Below are positions 51,795-64,000 of a DNA stretch of 64,000 nucleotides, in pieces. How positions within the stretch are numbered: the stretch's first letter is position 1; every line of letters begins with the position of its first letter. The notes beneath the pieces were generated by a model. That model worked only from the letters and a program-made list of their open reading frames with translations. It had not been told where the DNA came from and did not search any database. The stretch comes from Chiloscyllium plagiosum. Its lineage: Eukaryota. Made by a program: the position numbers and the translations under genes. Location of the stretch: assembly GCF_004010195.1 (NCBI RefSeq), contig NC_057718.1:19978351-20042350 (forward strand), written 5' to 3'.

Positions 51795-52745
51795 GTCAGA
51801 ATCAGAGATGTACAGCATGGAAACAGACCGTTCAGTCCAACTCATCCATGCGGACCAGATATCTCAAATTAATCTAGTCCCATTTGTCAGCACTTGGCCC
51901 ATATCCCTCTAAACCCTTCCTATTCATATACCCATCCAAATGCCTTTTAAATGCTATAATTGTACCAGCCCCCACCACTTCCTCTGGCAGCTCATTCCAT
52001 AAATGCACCACCCTCTGCATGAAAAGGTTGCTCCTTCGGCCCGTTTTAAATCTTTCTCCACTCAACCCATGCCTTATCCAAGCCCCACATGATCATACAA
52101 ACCTCAATAAAGGTCACTTCTCAGCCCCCGGTGGTCCAGGGAAAACAGCCCCAGCATATTCAGCCTCTCCCTATAGCTCAAACCTCCCAACACTGGCAAC
52201 ATCCTGTAAATCTTTTCTGAATCCTTTCAAGTTTCACAAGAGACCAGAATTGCCCGCAATATTCAAGAGTTACCGAACCGATGTACTGAACAGCTGCAAC
52301 ATGACCTCCCAACCCCTGTACTTGATGCTCTGACCAATAAAGAAAAGCATACCAAACGTCTTCTTCACTGGGAGAAAGTGAGGACTGCAGATGCTGGAGA
52401 TCAGAGCTGAAAAATGTGTTGCTGGAAAAGCGCAGCAGGTCAGGCAGCATCCAAGGAGCAGGAGAATCAACGTTTCGGGCATAAGCCCTTCTTCACTGTC
52501 CTATCTACGTGCGACTCTACTTTCAAGGAATTATGAACCTGCACTCCAAGATCTCTTTGATCAGCAACATACCCCAGGACCTTACTATTAAGTGTATAAG
52601 TCTTGCGCTGATTTGCCTTTCCAAAATGCAGGACCTCACATTTACCTAAATTAAACTCCATCTGACACTCCTCGGCTCATTGGCCCATCCAATCAAGAAC
52701 CCGTAGTAATCAGAGGTAACCCCCTTTGCTGTCCACTACACCTGC
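51795..52745 (-). mobile_element. CR1/HER1-type LINE 3' fragment
   Basis: MEFNLGKCEVLHFG, WNELPEEVVGAG; reverse-complementary to about 36920-37740. Confidence 0.9.
52371..52496 (-). mobile_element. Penelope terminal fragment inserted in a CR1 LINE
   Basis: TSD CTTCTTCACTG at 52360-52370 and 52488-52498. Confidence 0.8.
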
Positions 52746-52779
52746 AATTGGATTTGCAATTCTGATTTCCTTCCATAAA

Positions 52780-54900
52780 AGTTAAAGTTCTTAATTGGAG
52801 TAAGGCAAATTTTAATGGTACGAGACAAGAACTTTCAAAAGTTGACTGGAGTAGACTGCTCGCAGACAAAAGGATGTCTGACAAGTGAGAGGCTTTCAAG
52901 AGTGTGATGATAAGGGTTTACAGGTAATATGTTCCTGTCAGAGCGAAGGGTAAGGCTGGTAAGATTAAGGAACTCTGGCGAATAAAGACATTGAGGTTCT
53001 CGTCAAGAATAAAAGAGAATCTTATTTTAGATACAGACAACTGGTTCAATTGAATCTCAATCACTGTGAAGAGTGCAGGGGCATTCTTGAGAAAGACATC
53101 AGGAAAGCAAAAAGGGAATACGAGATACCATTGACATGCAAGTTTAAAGATAATCCAAAGAGATTCTACACGTGCATTATGAGTAAGAGGGGGCAACTAG
53201 AGAGGACGTAGGGCCCCTTAACGATCAAGGAGATCGCCTTCGTATGAACCCCAGGAGACGGGAGAGATACTAAATGAATATTTCACGAGCTTTTACTGTA
53301 GAGAAAGAAATGGAGGCTAGAGAATTCAGGGAAATGAGCACTGACGTTTTGAAAACAGTTCACATCACAGAAGAGAAAGCTCTGGAGATCTTAGAGAATA
53401 TAAAAGGTGGTTAAATCTCCATGAATTAATGCAATGTATCCCAGATGCTGTGGGAAGCAAAGGAGGAAATTGAGAGACCTTTGCAGAAATATTTGCACCA
53501 TCTATAACCTTGCGTGAGATGCCTGATAACTGGGAAGTGGCTAATGTTGTACCTTTGTTTAGGAAGGGTTGCAAGGATGATGCAGGGAATTATGGACCTG
53601 AATCTGACTTCGGTTGTGGGTAAGTTGTTGGAGGTGATTTTAAAAGATAGGATTTATAGACAATTAGAGGGGCAAAAATTGACTAAGAATAGTCAGCATG
53701 GTTTTGTGCGAGGAAACTTGATTGAATTTTATTTGAGGAAATTACCAAAAAGATCGATGAGAGCAGAGCCGTTGACATTATTTACTTGGACATTAGTAAA
53801 GCCTTTGACAAGGTTCCATGTGGTAGACTATTTAGTAAACTTAGGCCATATGGGATTCAGGGCGAGCTTGCCAATTTGATACATAATTGGCTTAATGGCA
53901 GGAGGCAGTGTGATCATGGAGGGTTGCTTTTCAGACTGTAGGCCTGGCACCACAAGTATTCCACAGGGATCAGTCTGGGTCCTCCTTTGTTTGCCATTTG
54001 AATGATTTCTATGAGAATATAGTAGGCATGATTAGTAAATTTGCAAACAACACCAAAATTGGTGGCACAGTAGATAGTGATGAAATGATCCTGATCAAAT
54101 GGGTAAATTGGCTGAAAACTGCCAAATGGAGTTCAATCTAGATAAATACGAAGCCTTGCATTTTGGTACAAACAAAGGGCAGGCCATATGTAGTATATGA
54201 CAGGACCTTGAGTAGCGTTGTAGAACAAAGGGATCCAGGGGTTTAGGTGCAGAACTCTTTGAAATTTGAGAGGATAGTTAGAAAGGCGTTTGTCACCCTT
54301 GCCTTCATTGCTCAGTCCTTTGAATCTCGGAGTCAAGAAATCATGTTAAGGTTGGACAGTACATTGGTGAGGCCTCTTCTGGAGTACTGTGTCCACTTCT
54401 GGTTGCTCAGTTATATGAAGGATATTATTAAGCTAGAGAAGGTTCAGAAGAAATTTACCATGATGTTGCTAGGTCTGGAAGGTTCAAGTTATGAAGAAAA
54501 GCGACACAGGCTGGAACATTTTCCACTGGAGCATAGGAAGTTGAGAGGTGACCTTAGAGGTTTATAAAATCATGATGGGTAGAGATAGGGTTAATGGTAG
54601 GCGTTTTTTCTCTTGGGTGCACATCTCTAAGGTGAAAGAAGAGATTTCAAAAAAACATACGGGACTTTTTTATTCAAAAAAAAGAGTGTGGTTTGCGTGT
54701 TGAAAAACTTCCTGAGGAAGTGGGGATGTGGGTACAGTTACAATGTTTGAAAGACATTTAGTTAAGTACCTGAATGGGAAAAGGTTTGGAAAGATATGGG
54801 CCAGGAGCAAGCAGCTGGGACTAGTTTAGTTTGAGGTTGTGTCCGGCACTGACTGGTTGGACCAAAGGGTCTATTTCCATGCTGTATGAATCTATGAATG
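52780..54900 (+). mobile_element. CR1/HER1-type LINE, decayed
   Basis: SVVGKLLEVILKDRI, SQHGFVRG, LVRPLLEYCVHFW; CR1-type 3' end. Confidence 0.9.
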
Positions 54901-55621
54901 ATCAATGGAGTAATCATGTGCTCGATTTCCTTTCCACAATTGCTGCTTAGACTAAATGTTAACAAATTCTTCAGCTTTTACTTCTAGTTTCCAGCAGCAG
55001 TACCATCTAATTAAGAAAAGATCTGATGCTTAAAGGAAAAAACTGAGGGAGAAAGGGAGGCGGGTTGGGCAAGAGACCGAGTAAGCAAGCAAGGGAAGAG
55101 GGGAGGGCAAGAGACAGCATGAACAATGGAAAAGGCACAGATGACAGACAGACAGACAGGTGAGAGACCTCAATGGAGACGGCACAAGCAATCAAGTCGG
55201 TGTGAACAAGATAGCCAGAGCAAGAAATAGAGGAGGTAAGAGAGAGAGCAACAGAGGAAACATAGGAGGATGGAAAACGTTCAAGGGCAAGAAAGAAAGA
55301 AAGTTGGAGAAAGTGTGAGGGGGTAGCACATAGCAAGAGAAAAAGTGCTAGAGAAAATGCAAGATAAAGTATTTAAAATGTGAACGTTAGCGGGGGGAGA
55401 GGAAGCATTAATGGATAAGAGGGCAGTAATGTTAAGAGTTGGCATTTTTGATCATGACATGCCAAAAACCACTGACCTGGAGCAGGAGAAAGCATGCAAT
55501 TTGAGTGCATCTATACACATCCCCATACAATCACAGCAATAACACTCATGCAAATGCTTAGTACAGAAAAACACTGGATTATACTTTTTTTGAGTAAACA
55601 TTTCAATTTCTTGCTCCCTAC

Positions 55622-55805
55622 CTGCCAAGATATCCTGAATCATGCAGGTCAAAGAATATTGGGCCCATGCTCCACCCCAGGAGATGTCTCCCCTGTTGAA
55701 GTCTGTTCCCACTAGTAGAAGGAGAAGTCTTTCAAGCTGTTGCTCGTTAACAATTTCGCAAAGATGAATAGTTGGCCTTGTAGCATTTGCTATACGTGCC
55801 AGAAC
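55622..55805 (-). CDS. BIRC6: BIRC6 exon (VLARIANATRPTIHLCE...QDILAG)
   Basis: ttttcttggcag| acceptor, |gtaggg donor, 184 nt. Confidence 0.92.
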
Positions 55806-56446
55806 CTGCCAAGAAAATCGAGAAGTTTACTTGTTGCCATCGTTCCAGCCCACAACAAAGAGCCAGTCTGTGAACCAGTCCACGCACACATGACGAGGAC
55901 ACATTACTTCATACACATTTTCTACAAGTTGAGTACTTAATCAAAGGAATGAACTCACTTAAACTTATAAACTTCTTATGATGAACAACTTATCTGAAAG
56001 CAGTGACTAGCTCTACACTGCTACTGTTTCGTTCTTTGCCATAGACCTTACAGAGAGATTTCGCCGATAAAGAGAAAATAAATTATACTGGTCCTTCAGA
56101 TAACGTACTGATTTCAAAACTTTGATGAACGGACCTTCCCTCTCTGTTGATCTACTGAAAGCCAACTTAGCTTAATAGTACCTAAAACACTGCTGTTTGT
56201 TTTCCCCAAAAGAACACACACCAGACTGTGGAAGAGGAGATCTGGGAGAGGCAAGGCTGACAAGACAGAGGCCACAGACTGTGGCAAATTTAGTCAACAC
56301 ATAGGAGAAAAGAGCAGTAAAAGAAAGTGGAGATGGGCAAGAACCTGGTGGGAAAGGAGCAACTTTAAATCTCTCAGTTAAAAAAGTGTACTGAATGAAT
56401 ATTACTATTGTAATGAACATTGTCAATTAGATAGCTTAAGACAGTA

Positions 56447-56665
56447 AAAGGTAAAGTCCTGTAGTCCCAGAGGACCATAGGGTTGTTCTCTCATTACAGA
56501 GGCGCAACTGGTAGTGGTTTAACCGGAGGGTAACCACACTTCAGGCAAGGAGAGAGGTTGAGAAGTAGAGTCCTTCAGTTTGGACTCAGCTGATGTGGGA
56601 ATTGAACACACACTGCTGGTATCACTCTACAGTGCAAACCAACCACCCAGCTGAATGAGTTAACG
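56447..56665 (-). mobile_element. tRNA-derived SINE, family unassigned
   Basis: Minus-strand A/B-box-like motifs (AACTCATTCAGCTGG, GTTCAATTCCC); ACTTTACCTT tail. Confidence 0.55.
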
Positions 56666-57070
56666 GGACTCCTTTTAAGGGTAAGAGTTTCATAGAGAGA
56701 GTATTTTATTTAATAAAGATTTACATTTGTGTCATTGCATCTGTATTTTATCTGCATACTATCCACATGCTGTGTGAATTTTAACTTACTGTTAGGAGAC
56801 AAAGATGCAACCAACCACTGAGCAGCAATATGATCGATCTGCAAACCTATTTGTAATGGCTGTGTACAGGAGCGTATCAGATAAGTATTATTAAAAGTAT
56901 TTGTTGCGAATCTATGCCTGTTACCTTGTGCCAATTTAAATACTGAAAGATTTGAAATGGATGCTTTCCTTTTGTGTTTAAATTTAATGGAGCAATGATG
57001 ATTATTGGGTCTAATACATCAGCATAAATACACAATGCAATTTTAATATAAGCTATGGTGGGGTGGGAAA

Positions 57071-57101
<31 letters not shown>

Positions 57102-57141
57102 CAGAGACAGAGAGAGAGAGACAGACAGAGACAGAGAGACA

Positions 57142-57175
<34 letters not shown>

Positions 57176-57223
57176 CAGAGAGACAGAGACAGAGAGAGAG
57201 AGACAGACAGAGACAGAGAGACA

Positions 57224-57257
<34 letters not shown>

Positions 57258-57305
57258 CAGAGAGACAGAGACAGAGAGAGAGAGACAGACAGAGACAGAG
57301 AGACA

Positions 57306-57339
<34 letters not shown>

Positions 57340-57387
57340 CAGAGAGACAGAGACAGAGAGAGAGAGACAGACAGAGACAGAGAGACA

Positions 57388-57421
<34 letters not shown>

Positions 57422-57469
57422 CAGAGAGACAGAGACAGAGAGAGAGAGACAGACAGAGACAGAGAGACA

Positions 57470-57503
<34 letters not shown>

Positions 57504-58611
57504 CAGAGAGACAGANNNNNNNNNNNNNNNNNNNNNNNNNNNNNNNNNNNNNNNNNNNNNNNNNNNNNNNNNNNNNNNNNNNNNNNNNNNNNNNNNNNNN
57601 NNNNNNNNNNNNNNNNNNNNNNNNNNNNNNNNNNNNNNNNNNNNNNNNNNNNNNNNNNNNNNNNNNNNNNNNNNNNNNNNNNNNNNNNNNNNNNNNNNNN
57701 NNNNNNNNNNNNNNNNNNNNNNNNNNNNNNNNNNNNNNNNNNNNNNNNNNNNNNNNNNNNNNNNNNNNNNNNNNNNNNNNNNNNNNNNNNNNNNNNNNNN
57801 NNNNNNNNNNNNNNNNNNNNNNNNNNNNNNNNNNNNNNNNNNNNNNNNNNNNNNNNNNNNNNNNNNNNNNNNNNNNNNNNNNNNNNNNNNNNNNNNNNNN
57901 NNNNNNNNNNNNNNNNNNNNNNNNNNNNNNNNNNNNNNNNNNNNNNNNNNNNNNNNNNNNNNNNNNNNNNNNNNNNNNNNNNNNNNNNNNNNNNNNNNNN
58001 NNNNNNNNNNNNNNNNNNNNNNNNNNNNNNNNNNNNNNNNNNNNNNNNNNNNNNNNNNNNNNNNNNNNNNNNNNNNNNNNNNNNNNNNNNNNNNNNNNNN
58101 NNNNNNNNNNNNNNNNNNNNNNNNNNNNNNNNNNNNNNNNNNNNNNNNNNNNNNNNNNNNGACAGAGAGAGAGAGACAGACAGAGAGAGAGAGACAGACA
58201 GAGAGAGAGAGACAGACAGAGAGAGAGAGACAGACAGAGAGAGAGAGACAGACAGAGAGAGAGAGACAGACAGAGAGAGAGAGACAGACAGAGAGAGAGA
58301 GACAGACAGAGAGAGAGAGACAGACAGAGAGAGAGAGACAGACAGAGAGAGAGAGACAGACAGAGAGAGAGAGACAGACAGAGAGAGAGAGACAGACAGA
58401 GAGAGAGAGACAGACAGAGAGAGAGAGACAGACAGAGAGAGAGAGACAGACAGAGAGAGAGAGACAGACAGAGAGAGAGAGACAGACAGAGAGAGAGAGA
58501 CAGACAGAGAGAGAGAGACAGACAGAGAGAGAGAGACAGACAGAGAGAGAGAGACAGACAGAGAGAGAGAGACAGACAGAGAGAGAGAGACAGACAGAGA
58601 GAGAGAGAGAG
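57071..58611. repeat. Compound (AG)/(AGAC) microsatellite with an 18-bp higher-order unit, spanning an assembly gap
   Basis: Directly visible; N run at 57516-58160. Confidence 0.97.
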
Positions 58612-60308
58612 AATTTGACCACTGTCACAAGATAAAGATCAGTGAGCAGAAACTCTTGTCATTTTTTCCTTCTGAGCAGATCAAAAGTGAAAATACAGAA
58701 GGACACCCACACGGAGAAGATCAAGTTTAAATGTGGATTTTCAAATATCAAGTACATACATCTCAGATAAGCTTTTTTACACAGATGTTTTTCATTGTGC
58801 TAAATACATACATTAGCATAACTTGAACACCTTGAATGTCACACAAAATACTTAGGCAATTTTCACCCTTACCCACTCAATGTTATTTCAACTTTTAAAA
58901 CAAATAGCTTTCTTCTGTTAAACAATTCTTGTACTACTTGGGATTGCAGGAATGAATAAAAAAACATGGAATAAAGGAAACAAATTATAGTCTGTGGCTT
59001 CCCTTCTTTGCACACTTTAGTTTGTTCTATCAGTCGGAACTTAAACCCTTAAAATTGCTTAATTGTAAGAGGTTGATGGTAAAATATTCTTTAAAATACT
59101 TCAAATTTAAAAATCGCATCAAAGAAATTGGACAAGAGGAACGATGAAATCATGTTTAAAGGGAGAACGGACAAACTCCAAAGAAACTTCAGCAATTTCC
59201 AAACTGTCTATTTTGAAATCCCACAATCATTCAACAAAATCCTAACATTGTCGAAATATTATCATCTTTCATATATCCTAGTGACTAACCAATGCCTGTG
59301 GCTTCTCCTTGATTCTAGAAATTGTTTGAAACACCTGACAACTGCAGAGGCTCACATTCAAATTCTCTCCCACTTCAGTGAGAAGCCTTCTCTGGACAAC
59401 GTGTTTATAACGCCACCAGTAGGTTCTTGTTTCCCTGCACTCTATTTGACTAGTCATCCAACGAGGCTTCAGAAGGCCCCAAATCACTCAGGATGTTGCA
59501 TCAACTTTCTGAAATCCAAGTTTTCTGAATTGCTCAAAACCACGCCAGCTTGCCCAAACTGATACATTAGCATGAAATGACAGCATCAGCACTGTGAAAA
59601 CAATACCCTTATATTTTAAAGTGGCAGATTACATCTACCGTTTTGTACAAGTTAGGCCAATATTCACCTTTTCTCTGAAACACTTGGAATTTTAAAAGAA
59701 CAATTATTAGATTTCCTCTATTTAACATCTCTCATCATTCAGACTGTTTGATTTCAAGACAGCAAAATTTAAGAGAAAGTTTAAGTTCCAAACAAAGATA
59801 ATGAAAACAGGCGTTCATTTCATCATAACAGAAAAGACTGAGAAATTTAGAGAGAGGTTCAAAATTAGTTTTGGTTTTGATCGAGGTAAAACTTACTCCA
59901 CTGGCGGTAAATTGATAACTGGAGGGCATAAGCCTAAAGCAACAAAAGAACCAAGAAAGAGTTCAGGAGAACATTTTTCTTTTAAATGTAAAGGGGAACT
60001 AGAAGGGAATTGAAACATCTGAAATAAAAAAACAAGAAAAATGGGACTAAATGATCAGCTCTTTGAGAAAACTACCACAATAAATCAAACACATTTCTGC
60101 ATTGTAAAGTATGATAATCTCTTATATTCTGATTAGTGTGAAGTACCTCTAGTAGTTTATATAAGAAAGTACAGGCTTTGAACTTACAGTTTACTCCACC
60201 TCCCTGAAAAGTAAGTTTGAGAGAGTTTATGAAGTATAAATTAATGGAATGCAATTATTAACTATGCTCCAGAGGGCATTTCTTTCGTCATCCTCATTGT
60301 ACACTCAC

Positions 60309-60524
60309 CTTGCAGACAAAGAGCAGCAAATCTGCATGACAGGTAAAGTCCATGGAAAGAAGAAAAAGTGCAAGCTTCTGAACCACAGCAATGCAGCGAT
60401 CATGGGACAAAGTAAAAGGAAGGGGTTCCACTTCTGGGGAGTCTTTCGTTGAAGATGATTCTGAATCTAAAGTAGTGCGAGGCCACTCTGCAGTCCGGCG
60501 CAAACGAATGAGGTCTTTGAAATG
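60309..60524 (-). CDS. BIRC6: BIRC6 exon (HFKDLIRLRRTAEW...DLLLFVCK)
   Basis: tactag| acceptor, |gtgagt donor, 216 nt. Confidence 0.93.
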
Positions 60525-62292
60525 CTAGTATGGGGTTGAAGTTAAGATGAAATTTAATAAACATTTCAACCAAATCCATGTTACTGAATTTACATGCATG
60601 CAACTGAGATTACAAATAGACAAAAATCTGAACTTTTCTACATTGGAAAAGATGAAAAAAAACTGTACAATTTCCACAACTAATTAGGATTAAAACTAGC
60701 CTGAGCAACATCTTAGTTAGCAGTACACCCATTGGCAAAATAAAGTTCTAACTATATAAAGAATAAAATGGACCTTCTCTTATCCTTTTATCATCTCTCC
60801 TAATCCCATGTTTATAGTCCCATCCCCATTAAATTGTTCTTAATCTATATTTCCTTCCTGGTCCACAGGAAATGCAATATTTTATCTGATATCCTCACCT
60901 TGGATTACTCCCCGTCTCCAATCACACACTTCAAGAACCCATGCTTGAATCTTTTGCCCTTGTAAAACTACCATCTTGTCTCCCAGTTCCCTATCCTCTT
61001 CAAAATCCCTGAACACTTATTGTACACTCTTTCCCTTTTAAAATGCTCATCTTCCATGGAATCCCATGTTTGAATTTCATCAGTCAGGTTTCCACTTGTG
61101 ACAGCACTGAAGCTTTCCTAACCAAAGTTACACCCAAAATGACTCTTCTGCATTATCCATCCTTGTTCTTACTTAATACTTTCCACACAATCAAACATCA
61201 TTCTCTCCACTGTCTCGTCACTGTCCAAAGAAGTGAATTGCCTAAGTCACTTGATTCACCTTCACTTTTTGAATTTTAACCAGATTAGCACCAACAACAG
61301 CCTTTCTACCTAACTCATTACCTTCAGAGCATATGGTCGATCCTGACCCCTTCACCTCTTGCTCACTGCACACCAATTCTTGGCAACACTGCCCACAGCC
61401 ATGGATCAGCAGCAACATGGACTCTGCTGTCACCCAGTTTTATCTGCCTGTTACACTTTTGCCTAATTTAATATTTATCAGATATGCAGACTTGAATGAA
61501 TTAGAATTAGAACACTGAGAAAACTAAAGCCATCACCTTCAGCTCATGCCACAAATTCCATGCTTTGCTAGCTCCATCTATTTCCTTAACCAAGCCAAGC
61601 TAAACAGACTTTTAGCAACCTCGGGGTCCAATTCAATTCCATCACTCTTTCACTTCACCAATCTACCCTTACCATTACTATGAGTTGAGCTCCAACCTCA
61701 ATAACTGAAAAGTCCTGGTCTGCTTCCCATCCTCATCCCACCGTTCACATTCCTTCACATCAAATACCACTATTCACATTCCTTCACATCAAATCCAACT
61801 CAACTGATCATCCCTGGCCCTTGCCAACATTAGACAACAGCCTCTCAGCATTTAAAATGCAAAATTCCCTTCCTTGTGTTTGATTCATTTCTTGGCCTCA
61901 GCCCTCCAAATTGATATATTGCTCAAATCATACAACAACCCTCTTCTTGAGTTCACTACTCCTCTGACTCAGACATCTTGTGCATGCTCTACCCCACAAC
62001 TGGCTGCCACAGCATTAGAAGACCCGACCTTAGATTTTGAAATACCCCTGCTAAAAATTAGCTTAACCCCAACCCTCTCCTACTTCAAACAGAACTATCC
62101 GACAAAGCTTTGGTTCACTTGACCCAATGTGGCTTTTTTTTTTTTAAGATTACACCTGTGCAAACCACATGGGCATAATTTTTTGTGCTACATAAAATGC
62201 AACTTGTTGCAATAATAAATTGTCCTGTGCTGGACCAACAATACAGCAACCGTTTTAAAGACTTAAGCTATAGAACAAAACAGACGTCATAC

Positions 62293-62424
62293 CTTTGACG
62301 TAGCTTGCTTTAGCTTTGCCTGTTCTACCAAAAGTTTATATGAAGATCCTTTGCTGCTCTGGATCTTCTCTTTTTCTATTTGCTCAACTAATGCCTTTTG
62401 TTTTGCTTTTAACAAATTGAGTTG
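62293..62424 (-). CDS. BIRC6: BIRC6 exon (QLNLLKAKQKALVEQIEKEKIQ...KQATSK)
   Basis: ttgcag| acceptor, |gtatga donor, 132 nt, phase 0-0. Confidence 0.92.
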
Positions 62425-63135
62425 CTGCAAAAAAGGTTAAGTCAAAAGTCAGTTTGATATGCACACACACCCCAAAACACACAAACTACACGATAAGTCC
62501 TTAAAATCTCTGATCAGTTTTTATTTTAAAATATTAACGAGTCCTCAACTTTCTCCCGTCTCTTCCCCACCGAGGTTGCTCCTCTGACGTTTATTTTATC
62601 CCATTAACACACACTAGAACTTGGTAAGTACTTACAGGTAATCTTCTCAAAGATTTCTGCAAATGCATCTCTTGATGCAGCCAAAAAGCATGCCTGTAAT
62701 AACTATTCTGCTGACTGTCCCTCCCTGGGAATGAGTATCTGATTACCAGCCAGTGAAAATCAGGAACTCACATGGGCAGAGACAGGTGGAAAACCATATC
62801 CAAACACTTGGCACAACACATCAGAGGTACCCATTTGAAATCAGTCTGATTACACTGTATCACACAGCCCAACTTGAAAATGACAAACCTTCTGAAATGA
62901 ACATTTTCCTAAATCTCACTAACTGGCAGAAAAATATTCTTCTTTCTCCCAAATATAGCAATTTTAGAGTGACCCCATTAATCATCTATGTATGTTGCAA
63001 CTGGTGCGCTAGCAATTTTGATTATGAAAACCAAAAAAAACTATGATAGCTTTACCATTTGCCAAAGTACTAGATTACGAAGCAGAGTATAAAATTTAAA
63101 TAAAGTTCACATGCAGACAACAGATTAAATAATAC

Positions 63136-63263
63136 CTGCTTATGGTGTATGAGTTGCTTTCGAATTTTCCTTGAATATAATCGGTCAAGACTGCTGGTCC
63201 CTTTGGTAGTTTTGCCTGAACTCTGTGACTGAAGATTGTTATTGATGAAGCTCCACTGGTTTC
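63136..63263 (-). CDS. BIRC6: BIRC6 exon (GNQWSFINNNLQ...RKQLIHHKQ)
   Basis: ttctag| acceptor, |gtatt donor, open frame; absent from the ORF track. Confidence 0.9.
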
Positions 63264-63462
63264 CTAGAACAGATAGGGACCTCCAGAAGTTAAATACACT
63301 CTAAAGCAAACAATGTTTACCTCAGAATTCAAAACATTCCAGATTGGGCCAAATTGATTTCTTAACATTATCCCATCAGGTCTACTGGCACAGTGCATTT
63401 CTGTTTCTGCACTGCACCACAGAAGGACACAAAAAAAAACTGCTTTGTCCTATCAATAATTA

Positions 63463-64000
63463 CAGAAGAACCTTGATTATCCGAATACCAATTATCCGAA
63501 GGAGATCTCGAGGTCCCGATGGAAACATTACATCAAAGACGTCTTTTCTAACAGTGATCTCGCCTTTTGTTTACAGTGATTAAACAGGCATCGTCTCCAA
63601 ATGACTTACTGCCCGCCCTCTCTCCCCACAGTTTCCCTGGAGTTCTACACAGGGGAGTGCCCACACCCCTTCCCCACATAATCTCTCCAACATTATCCTG
63701 TACATGGCAAAAGTGGAACCAGTCAAAAAGGTGCAATAAAACATTGTGTGTGGGGCTGTGGCTGCGTGTGTGCGCTTTTTAGAGACTTACCCCACAAAGG
63801 AAACTGCAGCAGTCTTGTTGTTGGGTGTCCAGTCCAGCTGCCCCGGAGAGGGGGCGGGGGCAATGTTGGACGGGGTTTGGAGCGGGAGAAGGTTTTGCGT
63901 GGGGCTGGGAGCAGGAGAAGGTGCATGGGGTTTTTGGGGGGTGGGGTGGGGGCTCGCACACTGTGGTGCTGCTGCAGTCACCTGAACGGGGAACAGACTT
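63463..64000 (+). mobile_element. Tc1/mariner (pogo/Tigger-like) non-autonomous element, left end
   Basis: TA|CAGAAGAACCTTGATTATCCGAA terminal motif with repeated ATTATCCGAA; GC-rich interior; other end outside the window. Confidence 0.55.

Larger units (their letters stand above)
22..63263 (-). other. BIRC6: BIRC6 (BRUCE/Apollon) gene, partial span: 27 internal coding exons, gene extends beyond both window ends
   Basis: Exon translations match vertebrate BIRC6 as I recall it (e.g. RRTAEW, GASGLHLTKHENFH, WCDLTIHLPAAVLLKEIHIQPHLASLA, WLGGPEVNPLWTALLFLLCHS). All introns are GT-AG, phases chain correctly and the sum of 5337 nt is divisible by 3. Confidence 0.97.

Noticed and set aside
55020..55440. 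Purine-rich tract giving a 109-aa hydrophobic ORF
   Set aside because: Low-complexity decayed (AG)-type sequence without splice or coding support.
55806..55921. Upstream acceptor at 55921 that would lengthen the exon
   Set aside because: It is not phase-compatible with the previous exon and includes stops; the acceptor at 55805 gives the BIRC6-like VCK|VLARIA junction.
56877..58730. Three ORFs of more than 500 aa (SL-rich or ER-rich)
   Set aside because: Translations of the microsatellite plus the N gap, not genes.
1..64000. CRISPR arrays or prokaryotic operons
   Set aside because: This is spliced vertebrate DNA; the recurring short motifs are dispersed retroelement ends, not repeat-spacer arrays.

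Overview
Eukaryotic, AT-rich vertebrate DNA. The repeat content (HE1-like tRNA SINEs, CR1/HER1-type LINEs, Deu-domain SINEs, Penelope elements) points to a cartilaginous fish, probably a carpet shark; the taxon is my inference. The whole window lies inside one minus-strand gene, BIRC6 (BRUCE/Apollon). I traced 27 internal coding exons from 63263 down to 22, all GT-AG and phase-compatible, totalling 5337 nt (1779 codons) of the protein's middle region. The largest intron (16635-28184) holds a degenerate class I (epsilon/gamma-like) endogenous retrovirus with both LTRs (17384-27420), antisense to BIRC6 and inserted into an older LINE. It has LTR-PBS-gag-pro-pol-env-PPT-LTR order. Notable points within it: a probable 2H-phosphoesterase-like accessory domain between protease and RT, a nested antisense solo LTR, three Penelope-end insertions, and several templated or fold-back repair scars, including an exact 111-bp copy taken from 4 kb away. 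Penelope ends across the window carry minimal hammerhead-ribozyme cores. There are two assembly gaps (about 17948-18097 and 57516-58160). All comparisons were made by eye; no database searches were run.
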